Assembly (NCBI RefSeq): GCF_004010195.1
Contig: NC_057751.1
Location: forward strand, 6,580,863-6,644,862
Reading direction: 5' to 3'
Origin: Chiloscyllium plagiosum
Taxonomy: Eukaryota
DNA length: 64,000 nt
The translations under genes and the position numbers were made by a program. Positions 49,930 to 61,905 of this stretch are shown here, piece after piece; position 1 is the stretch's first letter, and every line of letters starts with the position of its first letter. The notes beneath the pieces were generated by a model. The model did not search any database and was not told the DNA's origin. It saw nothing but the letters and a program-made list of their open reading frames with translations.

Positions 49930-52410
49930 AAATTGTCACATTGCAGTCAGTCATTTTGCCAAAGAAGAATCGAAAATATGTATGAGGTTACACTCCTCTA
50001 CATGCTAAATGGCTCATTCAGCTCAACAGTCAACTCTTTGGATGGCATTTGTGGCATTGCGCCAGCACCTCTTAAGGACAGAGGGGGAGGAAAACTGATG
50101 ATAAAATCCTCTGTAGCCCCAAAGCATGAGTCAAGAAATTTGCATATTTGGCTTGCAGTTGTCGGGACAACAAATTCAAAGCTGTCATATGACAAGACCA
50201 AAGCAAATTTTGTATTGCATCCAGTTGGAGTGTCTGGCTCGTATCACATGTTTCACTCGTGAATCTAATTGCCTTTGTATCAGGAGGGTGATGGATTTGT
50301 GACAACCCTGTGCTATTTTTTGTTTGAGCACATTTCACTGATGGATCCTGATCTTGCAGACTTGTTTGCGACCTGCCATACTGTTCAGATTTTGGGCAGT
50401 GTTCCCAGTCTTCACTGGCAATTAATTTTGAGCAGCTCAAGCTCAAGTGAGCTCTTTTTAAAATGTACATGGTTGCAGAGTAGGATCTGCTCCAATGGCA
50501 GCAGACCATAATTGTGTCAGAGCATTTTGCCTTATCTGACAGTGGTTCCCTCTCTGCCAACAGCTCATCTGTCTGCTGAGTCAAATGGTCCCCTGCAGAA
50601 AATCTGTCTTGATATTACTGCAGTACGAACCTGTGTGATTAATGCAGATACCAGAAACTGGGTACCTAATGGTGTGTTGCTGCACAGACATGCATTCATG
50701 AACACTGTTTCATAAGACTCAAACTTCAATCATACTACAGTATCTATCACAGCACAATAAACTAATGAATGACTTTGCAGCCCTGAGAGTTGTGCCTGTT
50801 AAACACACAACATAGAGGGCAGCTATGCAGCAAACACTGGAGAACCATTGTCTGTCAAAGAGTCACCAACAGGCAAGAGACAGAAGGGGCTTCCGTCAGA
50901 CAGAGAACCATTGGTATCATTGCTGTCTGGCTGGAAGCTGGTAAAAGCAGAGGGAGGACCTTCCCTCATTATTGATGTCAACACAAATCAAAGCTTCTTG
51001 GTAAAGTATAATTCAATACTTCTTTTCCTTGTTGATAGTGCTTCGATGACTGATTGTTCAATTTCAAAAGCCTGCGCCACGGTCAATGCCACCTGTTCCT
51101 CATTTATATTTACCAAGGTACTTGGTTAATCATTTAACCTCGGTCAGCAGCTTAACTCTTGCTCTGCTGATAAGGGAGTGAATGTGAAGCAGAGGAACAA
51201 GCCATTCAGCCCAATGGGACCATAGCAGTCTTTATGCTCCACATGAATTTACTCCCATTTTATCTCAACTAACAATATCAACATAATCACCCATTCTTTT
51301 TTCCCTCATGTGCTTTTCTAGTTCCCTTTTAAATGCATCGATACTGTTTTGCTTGAGGACTTAGTTTGGCAGTATGGTCCACATTCCAACCAAGTACTCA
51401 ACTTACTGGCTTCCTTCATGAATATCTTAGAGGTTGTGAAACCCCGCTTAATTTCCCTGCTAACACCCTGACCAACTGGAATCTACCTGCCTGGTCTTTT
51501 TTTGTTTTTCAGGTGAGGTTGACAGGTTCCTGTTGCACTTACACGTCAACTATGGTTCATCTGATCAGCACCTTCTTTTCATGTTGTGTAAATTGTTGTT
51601 CCACTTCCAAGTTTGGTTTTTTGTGCATCAGCGATGATGAGGGCAAAAAATTGATTGTGCTTAAGTGTATGCATATTGCAATGAACCGAGCTGATAGTAA
51701 TCCTGGACAAGTTGGATCTCAGGGTGAAATCTGGCCTGATATATCATCAGTTTTATTTTCGCAGTTTTTTTGTCAACCATCATTGTCAGCTACTAAACAT
51801 GTTCACACATGATTGTCAATGTTCTTTAAGCAAGTTTACTGCAGAAAACAAGAGTGCAAATATATATTCATCTGCATATTTTGTAATCTACAAAGACCTT
51901 AACAACAGCAAAAAAGAAACATTCAACCCTTTTCCCCAGTAATATTCTTTACAGACACTCAACTCCAGTGAAGTAACAATCATCTCTGAACTCTGTAACG
52001 TCTGACTCAAATGATTCCTTCTGGCCATTCTCCTTGGACTGCAAAAGCAACTTTAGACTTGGTTTCAGTTCTGATGGCCTGGATGTCTTTTGTCAAATCT
52101 GATAGCCTGGATATTTCTGTCAACTCTCACAGACTGGAGACATCTACAAACAGAGGTCCTCTTCTTCTGGGATGAAGTTGCTATTCTCAAGTGAAAACTG
52201 ATTGTGACCCCTGGTCTGTCTTTCTGCATTTCATGAAAATTCATCGATTAACTCACCAGATCATTTAGTGAACTTTAAGTCACATGGTTTCTTGGAAAGT
52301 ATGTTTGAACTCACTGTTCAAAAATTATATCCTCAGTTCTTCAGACAAACAAGTCACTATCGCAGAAGTAACACCAAAAACCCATTTACTTCCATGTGAC
52401 AACAATATAT
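49930..52410 (+). mobile_element. Ancient, heavily decayed LINE ORF2 (APE endonuclease plus RT N-half; CR1/L2/Crack group), interrupted by a CR1 tail at about 51170-51420
   Basis: Four ORFs share one frame (49933, 50269, 50512, 50848). Ordered motif remnants: SLDG, DRGGG..IKSS, IW, GD, VQI...PS, frameshifted ADHNCV. Then 'FGFLCISDDEGKKL...AMNRADSNPG...PDISSVL.SQFF', 'KSANI...IYK...ETFNPF', 'FKSHGF', 'KQVTI'. Confidence 0.55.
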
Positions 52411-52477
52411 TATAAACTTTCATGACAAAGCAAACTATTTTTGAGCAATGAAATCCCACTGTAACATTTTGTAATAT

Positions 52478-53905
52478 TCAGGTTGAAAGTTTTGCTCTCT
52501 GAGCTGGAAGATTTGTTTTCAGACATTTTGTTATCACGCATGGTAACATCATCAGTGAGCCTCCATTGAAGTGCTGGCATTCTGTCCGGCTTTCTATTTA
52601 TGTGTCTTGGTCTGTTGTGGTGGGTGATATTACTTGCAGTTTTTTTTTCTGAGAGGTTGGTAAATGGAGTCCAAATTGATGTGTTTGTTGATGGAGGTAC
52701 AGTTTGAATACCACGCCTCTAGGAATTCCTGTGCGTGACCTTTTTTCACCTGTCCCAGGATGGATGTACTGTCTCAGTCAAACTGGTGTCCCTGATCACC
52801 CGTGTCAAAGAATACCAGTGATAGTTGGTTGTGTCTTTTGGTGGCTAATTGGTACTCATGTATGCTGGTGGCTAGTTCCCTGCCCATCTGTCCAGTATAA
52901 TGTTTGTTGCAGTCTTTAGAGGGTATGTTGTATACGACGTTCATTCTGCTGGTTGTTGGTACAGGATCCTTTAGATTCATCAGGAGCTGTTTCAGTGTGT
53001 TAGTAGGTTTGTGGGCTACAGTGATGCCCAGGAGCCAGAGTAGTCTGGTCGTCATCTCTGAGATGTCTTTAATGTATGGTAGTGTGGCTCGAGTCTCTCG
53101 GCGTGTTGTGTCTACTTGTTTAGATTTGTTGTGTAGGAATCGGCGGACTGTGCTTATCGGGTACCTGTTGTTCTTGAATACGTTGCAGAGGTGTTTTTCT
53201 TTGGCATCTCATAGTTCCTGGGTGTTGCAGTGTGTTGTGGCTCATTTAAATAATGTCCTGATGCAGCTCTGTTTGCGGATGTTGGGATGAGTATCTGGTC
53301 TGCGGATGTCACTTTCCTGTCGATGCTGGTCTGCAGCTTTCCATTGGCATTTTGTTCTATTGTGACATCTAGGAAGGGAAGTCTGTTGTTCTCTTCTTCC
53401 TTGGTGAACTTTATACCAGTAAAGATGTTGTTTATGTGTTTGTGGGCTTCTTCTAATTTGTTCCCTTGTAAATGGGGTCCAAGTCAATGTGTTTGTTGAT
53501 GGAGTTCTGGTTTAAATGCCAAGTCTCTATGAATTTCCATGCGTGTCTTTGTTTCACCTGTCCCAAGATGGATGTATTGTCCCAGTTCAACTGGTGTCCC
53601 GCATCGTCTGTGTGTAAGGATACAAGTGATAGTTGGGGCACCCAATGAGAGGGACACCATAACTCCAATAACAAACATGTTGATTTGAACCCCATTTACC
53701 AACTTCTCAGAAAGAGAATAAGAAGTAATGTCACCCACCACAACAGACCAAGAAAGTGGGACAGAACACAAGCACCACAACAGAGGCTCACTGATGATTT
53801 TACCTAACATGGTGACAAAACATCTGAGAACAAATCTTCCAGCTCAGTGAGCAAATGTACAACCTGAACCATAGCATGAGCTACAAATCCTCACAAAAAT
53901 CACAA
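52478..53905 (-). mobile_element. Second Penelope-like family: RT thumb plus GIY-YIG fragments, with a duplicated and inverted terminal region (plus-strand terminal piece at about 53660-53905)
   Basis: 'GITVAHKPTNTLKQLL...NVVYNIPSKDCNKHYTGQMGRELATSIHEY' (GIY-YIG), 'HPNIRKQSCIRTLFK', 'NWDNTSILGQ...AWKFIETWH'. Terminal sequence occurs at 52478-52700 (-) and 53660-53905 (+). Confidence 0.88.
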
Positions 53906-55070
53906 ATGTTGTAATGTTTTAAGAATGAATTTTATGATTTTTGCTGCATCCTCTGGCATTTTTGAACTGAATACTTTTTATAACTGACTAAGAACTCATT
54001 TTCTCTTTGCAAAAACAAATTCACATGTATGTCATCAATTCTTACAATGTACTTTGGGAATTTGAATAGTTATCTTGTGTACATATTGAACTCCCTCCAA
54101 GAAGAAATATCTTTCAGACGTCTTCCAGGTTACCCCTTTCTAAGGTGAAAGACCCCCGTCATGTAAAGCCTTTCCTGAGTGGTATACCATCCGACCTTCA
54201 GTATCATGGGCTTTTTCTCACATGTTTCCTTGTGCATTTTCATATTTTATAATATAGGGACTGGAACTGAACACAGTATTCCAAGTTCAAATCCAACCTA
54301 ATTCAAATCCAACCTAATTTGCCTGTACTTTTCTATTTACTTTGCGAGAAATGAATCTCATGCTTAGTTTGCCTTTTTTCCCCCGGCCTTATTAATCTGT
54401 GTTGCTATTTTTGATGTTTAGCTCATTTGCACCAATTCAGACCTCTTTCCCATTTGGACTCACTCACAAAAAAAATAACTATGCGACCTCTCCACTCTTA
54501 TATAAAACACAGGCAGAAGGGATTACCAGGTGTCTGTTCAGGTTAGGAACTAGTTTATATTTGTGCTTTGTCCAATTATTTATTGAAAATCAAATAATTG
54601 CATAATTTATTTGTGCTTATACCTTCTCAATGTTGCTTTATTTAGCTTTGTGATGTCAGAAAAATATGCTTTGCCAAAAGACATTGCAAGAATTCAGTAT
54701 GACAGCACGATAAAAGTGTAATGCTAAGATCAACTTTGTGAAAATCATCAATTAAGATGAATCTCATCAACTGTTAGCCTCAGCTATAATACAAAGCAAG
54801 TTACTGTATTAAACAATAAATTCTTTGTGGTGTTACAAATAGTAAGAAGTCTGTTCAGTTTAGTCATTTTTCCTTCATATTCAAGGCTTATACTTCTGTA
54901 TTGAAAATTGATTCATACAAATCATGTGACCACAATATTAAAGAAAGTAGCTTTTAAGCAGTTCGTGTTTCAAGTGCATTGTTGGCTTTACATGTAAAGA
55001 AATGGCGAGGATGTGGATTTGAACTGTGGTACTTCTTGCAGTGAAGCACATAAACATGACCTCTACCATT

Positions 55071-55497
55071 CAGTGGGCGCCACCTTCACCTCTGCATCAG
55101 AAAACCCTGGGTATGAGTCTGACTCCAGAGACTGGAACAGAAAAATCTTGGCTGATATTCCAGTATAACACTGAGGGAGTGTTGCACTAGAATAAGAGGC
55201 AAGATATGGATGTCATTGAGTGACTTATAAGGTAGATGGAAAAGATTCCAGGGCACTATTTTGATTAAGAAGAGGTGGTTTATTCCCAGTGTCCTGGCCA
55301 GCAGTTATCCTTCAGTCAACATCTGTGAAAAGAAAATGAGCTGGTCATTATCATTATGTTGTTCATGGAAGATGGATGTGTACAAATTGTCTGCTGTGTT
55401 TCTGCATTACAATGACTGCCCAAAATCATTTTTTAAAAAATGCTTTGGAATAAACACTGAGGATGTGAAAGGTGCTACCTAAATACGCGTCTTTTTC
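55071..55497 (+). mobile_element. DeuSINE-like element (SacSINE1/AmnSINE1 superfamily) with an L2-type tail
   Basis: Degenerate tRNA-like head. Deu-domain-like 'gtagatggaaaagattccagggcactattttga...cccagtgtcctggcca'. Tail 'gctttggaa...ctgaggatgtgaaaggtgctacctaaatac'. Confidence 0.7.
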
Positions 55498-56379
55498 TGT
55501 CAGAAATTTAACACTGGTCCTCAGTAGTGAGTTTCAGGCCAGCACTAACTGTTTGGCAATAAATCGTGTCCAATCTTTACATAGTGAGCTGCACATTAGG
55601 AAAGAAAATGTTAATCACTGCACTGGTGGCTCAGGAAGATACCTGTGAGTGATGGCAGTGAATCAAGAGATGCTATGAATCTCTCAGTACGCCATCAGCA
55701 GCCCCCTCCCCCCCCTGCTGTGCCACAGATGGGCAAGACTGAGAAAAAGCTGGGGAAGATCATTTAAACGGAATTTGGAAAACAAGTATCAGGTAATAGC
55801 AATGCTAATAGAGATATCATTCAATTGATAATCCGAAGGGGTTCAGCAAACCACCAGCTTATCAATTATTGAAAACACAATAGAATTAAATTGCATGAAT
55901 TTGTCATATTTTGAATCTGTTTGAATGCATTTAACAGCTTCGCACTTTTATTTCTATTTTCAATAAAATGTGCAGAGCTTAGGAGGATGGGACTGAGCTG
56001 ATGAAATTCTCCATGGGATGCAAAATTTTGCTGAGCCGTGGGTTGATTTGGAAGGACTGTAGTCTAGAAGTGAACATGCCAGGTCTGAATCATGTAGATA
56101 TGAGGGGAGTGGAACGTTCTACAGTTTCACACGAGTGCCTTTGTAGACATGGGAGAGTTTATGCAGATTCTCTTTCCTCAGCGGGTTACATATGTACATT
56201 TTAATGGTTCCATTAAAGGTTGACTTCTACTGATGTTTTTTCTTCACAGTTTTCCAATTCAAAACCATGTGCAGTGAATATGTCACTCAAGAAAATGCAG
56301 TCATCAGACTTCTTCCGAAATGGGGTTCTCATGGAATCAACCATAAACTCTGCTGTCCTTGTTCAACCCTTGCACCAAG

Positions 56380-56785
56380 ACTTTTTTGCCTATCTCAATT
56401 GTGCTTCTTGGCATCCAATCAAAAGGCACCTCATTTTATAAAATTCTTTTTCTTGTTCTGAAATCCCTCCACATGGCCTCATCTCTTGCTAACTCAGTAA
56501 TCTCCTGCAAGATGTCTGCACTGCTCTAATTCGTATCCCTTTTGCATCCCTGATCACAATTACTGTACCATTGATGGCCATTATTTCAGCAGCTATGTCT
56601 CCAACCTTTGAGAATTTTCTCCCCACACCTCACTGCTTCATTGCATCCTACCTCTTTGACCACCATTTTGAATATACGCTGTAATCTATCTTGATATGGC
56701 TTGGTTTTAAACTGTTTGCTAATGCTCCTTTGAAGTGCTTTGGGCTGTTTTAACACTGCTAAAAGTGCAGGTTGTTTTCTCTTGT
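56380..56785 (+). mobile_element. L2 LINE 3' end
   Basis: Parallels 26470-26730 ('aatccctccacatggcctcatc...taatctcc', 'ccattgatggccatt.tttcagc'). Tail 'gaagtgctttgggctgtttt'. Confidence 0.6.
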
Positions 56786-57571
56786 TTTACATCAACCCTT
56801 ACCCTGCTGAGAAAACTCAGCACTCAGAACATCACTCCAATAAAATTTACAAAGAGCACCTTGAGGGCAAAAAGGACTTTTTTCCTTTGCAGTGGGCTGT
56901 TTGGGAAGCCTGCAGGGCTGTTTTTGAAGACATTTACAATTGACTTTTTTTTATCGATTCTGTGTGTGCTAGCAGCGGGCAAAAATCATTGCCCTTGAAT
57001 CTTTTCTGTGTGAGAACTTCTGTGCAAAATGCTCTTCGGAGGTCTCTAATCTGCAAATATTGGCATGTCTGAAGATGCCACAAGTACTTAGTTTCCTAAA
57101 GTTTTAGTTTTGAAGTCAGTAGAAAGTATTCAAGAAGTTCTGTTTGTTTTAAATGATATAAATGGGAATATGATATTTATTTGTCACGCATGTGATGAAA
57201 ATATTGAAACAAAAACTTGCCAGGCAATCATTGCTAAGGATATTGCACTTTTAAATGATACTGGACATAATAATGATGAGCGATTTGAACACTCATTTTA
57301 AAGAGTTCCAATAAGATCTGACTGTCCACCATTGCAAAGTATTTTCATGGATCATAAATAAGTACATCAACATGTCGATAAGATAGCATTACTATTTTGA
57401 ATACAGTTGGGAAATGTGCACACAAAATGTTTTGAATGTTGCACTGCTATAGGTTACAATTAATGTTACTGGTAAAATTAGTTTGCGGAATAGCAAATGT
57501 AAAATCTTCCATGAACCAGTGCAATCAGTCAGCATCATTAACAGTATTTTTTTAATAACAAAATATTTAGA

Positions 57572-57918
57572 GGCATAGAGCTGCATGGCACAGAAACAGA
57601 CTCTTCGGTCCAGTTCGTCCATGCTGGCCAGATATCCTAAGTTAATCTAGTCCGATTTGCCAGCATTTGGCCCATATCCCTCCAAACCCTTCCTATTTAT
57701 GTACCTATCCAGATGCTACTTAAATGTTGTAATTGTACCAGCCTCCACCACTTCCTCTGGCAGCTCATTCCATACATGCACCACCCTCTGTGTGAAAAAG
57801 TTGCTCCTTAGGAGCCTTTTATGTCTTTCTTCTCTCACTTTAAACCAATGCTTTCCAGAATTGCACTCCCCTATCTGGGTAAAAGAGCTTGGCTATTCAC
57901 CCTATCCATGCCCCTCAT
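57572..57918 (-). mobile_element. HER1/CR1 3' end
   Basis: Closely similar to 11660-12005. Confidence 0.88.
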
Positions 57919-58649
57919 AAACGTCTTCTTGGCAATACTGTGCAGCTGTAACAATTCAGCAGAATCTCATAAATAGGCATTTTTAAGAAGAAATCTGTTC
58001 TCCAAATTTATGTTATCTGATATAAGTGAAATCTGTCCTGAACTATTTAATAGTTTTATGAGTGTGCACCTCTCAGATCTTTCATAAAATCAACATTTTT
58101 GGTGGGAGGGCAAAATGTAGATGTGGTATTGATTAACAGTTGTTTTAAGAAATGCCTCCTCAAAGGTCACATCACAACATATAAAGCATATGCTTCAGCA
58201 ATGAGTAGCATATGAAAGTTACTGCCATCTTATTAAGATAAAATTGTTAACTGTATTCAGAAGCAATAAAGTAGTTCACAATAAATTACCAAATCACAGA
58301 CGCCCGTATGGAACCTCTGCCGCGGCAGCTGTTTGTCAGCTGATTGCTCTAGAAATTGTCAGGAACTGTTGATTTCTCAGACGAGAATATTTTCCTATCA
58401 GAAAAATGGCACATTGTTCAATTCAGCGCGGCTGTGCAGAGTAGGTTGAGCTTGGGCTTGCTCACAACATTACCTGATGGATTGCTGCTTTTCGAATCCT
58501 CCACGGCAACATCACATCCTGTCTCTAGATCCTTCTCTTTCAAATTATAGCAACTTTCACACCTTCAATTTTCATGTCTCTGCCATTGTTAGCCGGGCCC
58601 TCAATTGCCCAAGCCCTGAGCTCTGGAATTTCCTTTAATGATAAATCCA

Positions 58650-58912
58650 TCCGAGGACAGGCTAAATAAAGACATGCATGGGAATTCAAACCAGAACTCC
58701 ATGAACAAACATTTCAATTTAGACCCCATTTACCAACCTTTCTGAAAAAGAACTGGAAATTATATCACCCGCCACAACAGACCAAGACACATAAATAGCA
58801 AGCGAGACAGAACACCAGTGCTTCATTAGAGGCTCACTGGTAATGTTACGGAGCATGGTGATGAAACGTCTGAGAACAAATCTTCCAGCTCAGTGAGCAA
58901 ACTTACAACCTA
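58650..58912 (+). mobile_element. Terminal fragment of the second PLE family
   Basis: Matches 53660-53865 ('ccccatttaccaac', 'gaggctcactg...gaaacgtctgagaacaaatcttccagctcagtgagcaaa'). Confidence 0.85.
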
Positions 58913-59304
58913 ATTTCCTTCCTAGATCTCTCCACTTTTCTGCCTCAGTCTATTTGAGTCAACCCTCAAAATGGAGCTCTTTAGCCAACCTTTTGGTACA
59001 ATATGAAACAAACTTTGACACTGAGCCCACATGAGGTGATCTAAAGACTGTTGACTAAAATCAACTTGCTATCTCCTTCATTGGATCTATTGTGCTTGTT
59101 ATTGTACCTATGAAGAACATGGTCAATGTTACTATCATAACTAGCTATATAGATGCAGGTTGTGTTGTTCATGGACAGATATGAATGAAGACCAAATCAC
59201 AGGTAGCTCATTATTCTGACTCCCTTGGGCCAGATGCGTCATTCATAAAATAATTGAAAAAAAAAATTCCCCTTGGCTTTTTTTTTGTGAAATTTTTAAT
59301 AACA

Positions 59305-61905
59305 AAACAGTCAAAGAGTGTCATGCTGGAAAAGCATAGCTGGTCAGGCAGCATCCAAGGACCAGGAGGATCAACGTTTCGAGCATAAGCCTTTCATCAG
59401 GAATGAGGTGGTGGCCCAAGGGGACTGAGAGATAAATGGGACGGGGTTGGGGTTTAGGGGGAGGTAGCTGGGAGCGCAATAGGTAGATGAAGTTGGGGGT
59501 GAAAGTGGTAGATTGAAGAAGAGGGTGGAACGGAGAGGTGGGAAGGAAGATGGACAGGTAGGACAGATCGAGAGGGCAGTGCCATGATACAGGGTTGGAT
59601 CTGGGATAAGGTGGGGGCAGGGAAAATGAAGAAACTGATGAAATCCCGTGTAGTTGGAGGGTCCCAAGGCAGAAGATGAGGCTTACTTCCTTCAGACGTC
59701 AGGTGGCTGGAGTTTGGCGGTCGAGGAGGCCCTGGTCTTGCATGTCCTTGGCGGAGAGGGAAGAGGAGTTATAGTATTCACCACAGGGCAGTGGCATTGC
59801 TTAGTGCATGTGTCCCAGAGATGTTCTTGGAAACGTTCCGTGAGTTGACGTCCTGTCTCCCCAGTGTAGAAGAGACCACATTGAGAGCAATGGACACAGT
59901 AGATGACGTGTGTGGAAGTATAGGTGACTGTTTGTCGGATGTGGAAGAATCTTTTGGCCCCTTGGACGGCGGTGAAAGGGGTGGTGTGGGCGCAGGTTTC
60001 GCAATTCTTGTGGTGGCAGGGGAAGGTGCCGGGAATGGAGGGTGGTTTGGTGTGGTCGTGGACCGAACACGGGAGTTGCGGAGGGAATGATCTCTCCAGA
60101 ATGCAGATAGGGGTGGGGAGGGGAGCACATTCCTGGTGGTGAGAGGTGCAGGAAATGGAGGAGATACTCTGGAGGGCATCATCGACCATGTGACAGGGGA
60201 AATTGCGGTCTTTGAAAAACAGGTCATCTGGGATGTTCTCAGATGGAATTGGTCCTCCTGGGAGCAGATGCGGTGGAGGCAGAAGAACTCGGAATAAGGA
60301 ATAGCATTGTTGCAGGAGGCAGAGTGGGAGGAGGTGTAGTCCAGGTAGCTGAAGGAGTCGATGGGTTTGAAGTAGATGTCTGTGTTGAGTCAGTCACCGG
60401 AAATGGAGATGGCGAGGTCCAGGAAGGGGAGAGGGGTGTCCAAGATGGTCCAGGTGAACTTGAGGTGAGGGTGGAAGGTGCTCGTGAAATAATGAATTGT
60501 TCAACCTCCTTGTGGGAGCACGAGGTGGCGCCAATACAGTCATCGATGTAGTGGAGGAAAAGGTGGGGAATGGCGCCTCTGTAGCTGCGGAATATGGACT
60601 GTTCCATGTACCCAAAGAAGAGGCAGGCATAGCTGGGGTCTATGCCGGTGCCCTTGGCTACCCCTTGGTCTGGAGGAAGTGGGGGGATTTGAAGGAGAAA
60701 TTGGTTGAGTTTAAAGACCATTTTAGCCAATCGAATGAGTGTATCAGTGGAAGGGTACTGGTTGCATTGGCCGGAGAGGAAGAAACACAGGGCTTGGGGG
60801 GCCTTTATCATGGCAGAAGGATGTGTACAGGATTGGAAGTCCATAGTGAAGATGAGGCGTTGAAAGCCTGGGAAACGAAAGTCATGGAGGAGATGGAGGG
60901 CATGGGTGGTGTCCCGAAAGTATGTGGGGAGATCCTGGACCAAGGAGGACAGGATGGTGTCAAGGTACGCAGAGTTAAGTTCAGTGGGGCAAGAGCAGGC
61001 TGACACGATGGGTTGACCGGGGCACTCAGGTTTGTGAATTTTGGGTAGGAGGTAGAACCAGGTGGTACGGGATTCCCAGACTATGAGGTTGGAGGCAGTT
61101 GGAGGAAGATCCCCTGAGGTAATGAGATTGTGGATGGTCTGGGAGATGATAGTTTGGTGATGGGAGGTGAGGAGGCAGTAGGAGGAAGTGTCCGTGAGTT
61201 GGCGCCTGTGGAGGTCGGTGCACCAAACCTACCACTTTGGTGCCCTTGTCTGCTGGTTTGATGGTGAGGTTGGGGTTGGAGTGGAGGGAGTGGAGGGCTG
61301 CGCATTGTGAGGGTGAGAGGTTGGAGTGGGTGAGAGAGGTGGACAGGTTGAGACGGTCAATGTCACGGCAGGAGTTGAAGATGAAGAGATCGAGGGTGGG
61401 TAACAGACCAGCACGGGGTGTCCAGGTGAATGAGGTGTATTGGAGAAGAGGTCCTCAGAGGGTGGGTGGAAGTCCTGATGGAAAAAGTAAGCACGGAGGC
61501 GGAGGCTGTGGAAGAAAAGTTCAAGGTTGCAAAGCATGTTGATTTCATTGATCCGAGGTCGTAGGGTAATCAAGGTGATGCCTTTACTGAGGACTGATTG
61601 TTCATCCTCGGTGAGTGGGAGGTTTGGGGGGGATGGTTAAAACAGCAGGGTTGGAAGCTAGGATCTGGTGTGGGGCTGGAATTGGAGTGGGGGCAGAGGC
61701 TGTCTCTGGAATGGGTGTTGTTATGGGATTGGAGGGTGACGTCATCACCAGAAATGACATTCATCCTGGGGCTCAGGGTGGGGGAGGGTGGTGGGAAGCG
61801 GTGCCTTCAGTGGCACCCGTGGGGCGGAAGTGACGTAACATGTCATGTATGCGATGTCATCGGCGATGTCCTGATGAGTGACATTAATGGGGGCGGAACT
61901 GGCTG
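59305..61905 (-). mobile_element. Near full-length, frameshifted Penelope-like retroelement (RT plus GIY-YIG endonuclease plus terminal repeat)
   Basis: RT motifs 'IFTMDFQS', 'QGVAKGT...PSYACLFFG', 'FLHYIDDCIG'. GIY-YIG 'VIYCVHCSQCGLFYTGETGRQLTERFQEH'. Terminal repeat at 59305-59640 with a hammerhead-like core. Confidence 0.92.
59373..59404 (-). ncRNA. Hammerhead-like core in the PLE terminal repeat (core intact, helix II closing pair mismatched)
   Basis: Minus strand: ATTC-CTGATGA-A-AGGC-TTAT-GCTC-GAAA-CG-TT. Confidence 0.55.

Noticed and set aside
49998..51120. Minus-strand reading as a Nimb/I-clade RT C-terminus (e.g. 'ALVLSYD...KFLDS...PPLSLR...VELNEP') or as a 170-aa host exon (50072-50584)
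   Set aside because: The in-register minus frame has many more stops and only loose resemblance. The plus strand gives endonuclease and RT motifs in the correct order and spacing.
52073..52128. Imperfect ~28-bp tandem duplication
   Set aside because: A local slippage duplication inside the decayed LINE, with only two units; not an array.
61871..61890. CTGATGAG as another hammerhead core
   Set aside because: No helix II or GAAA box follows.
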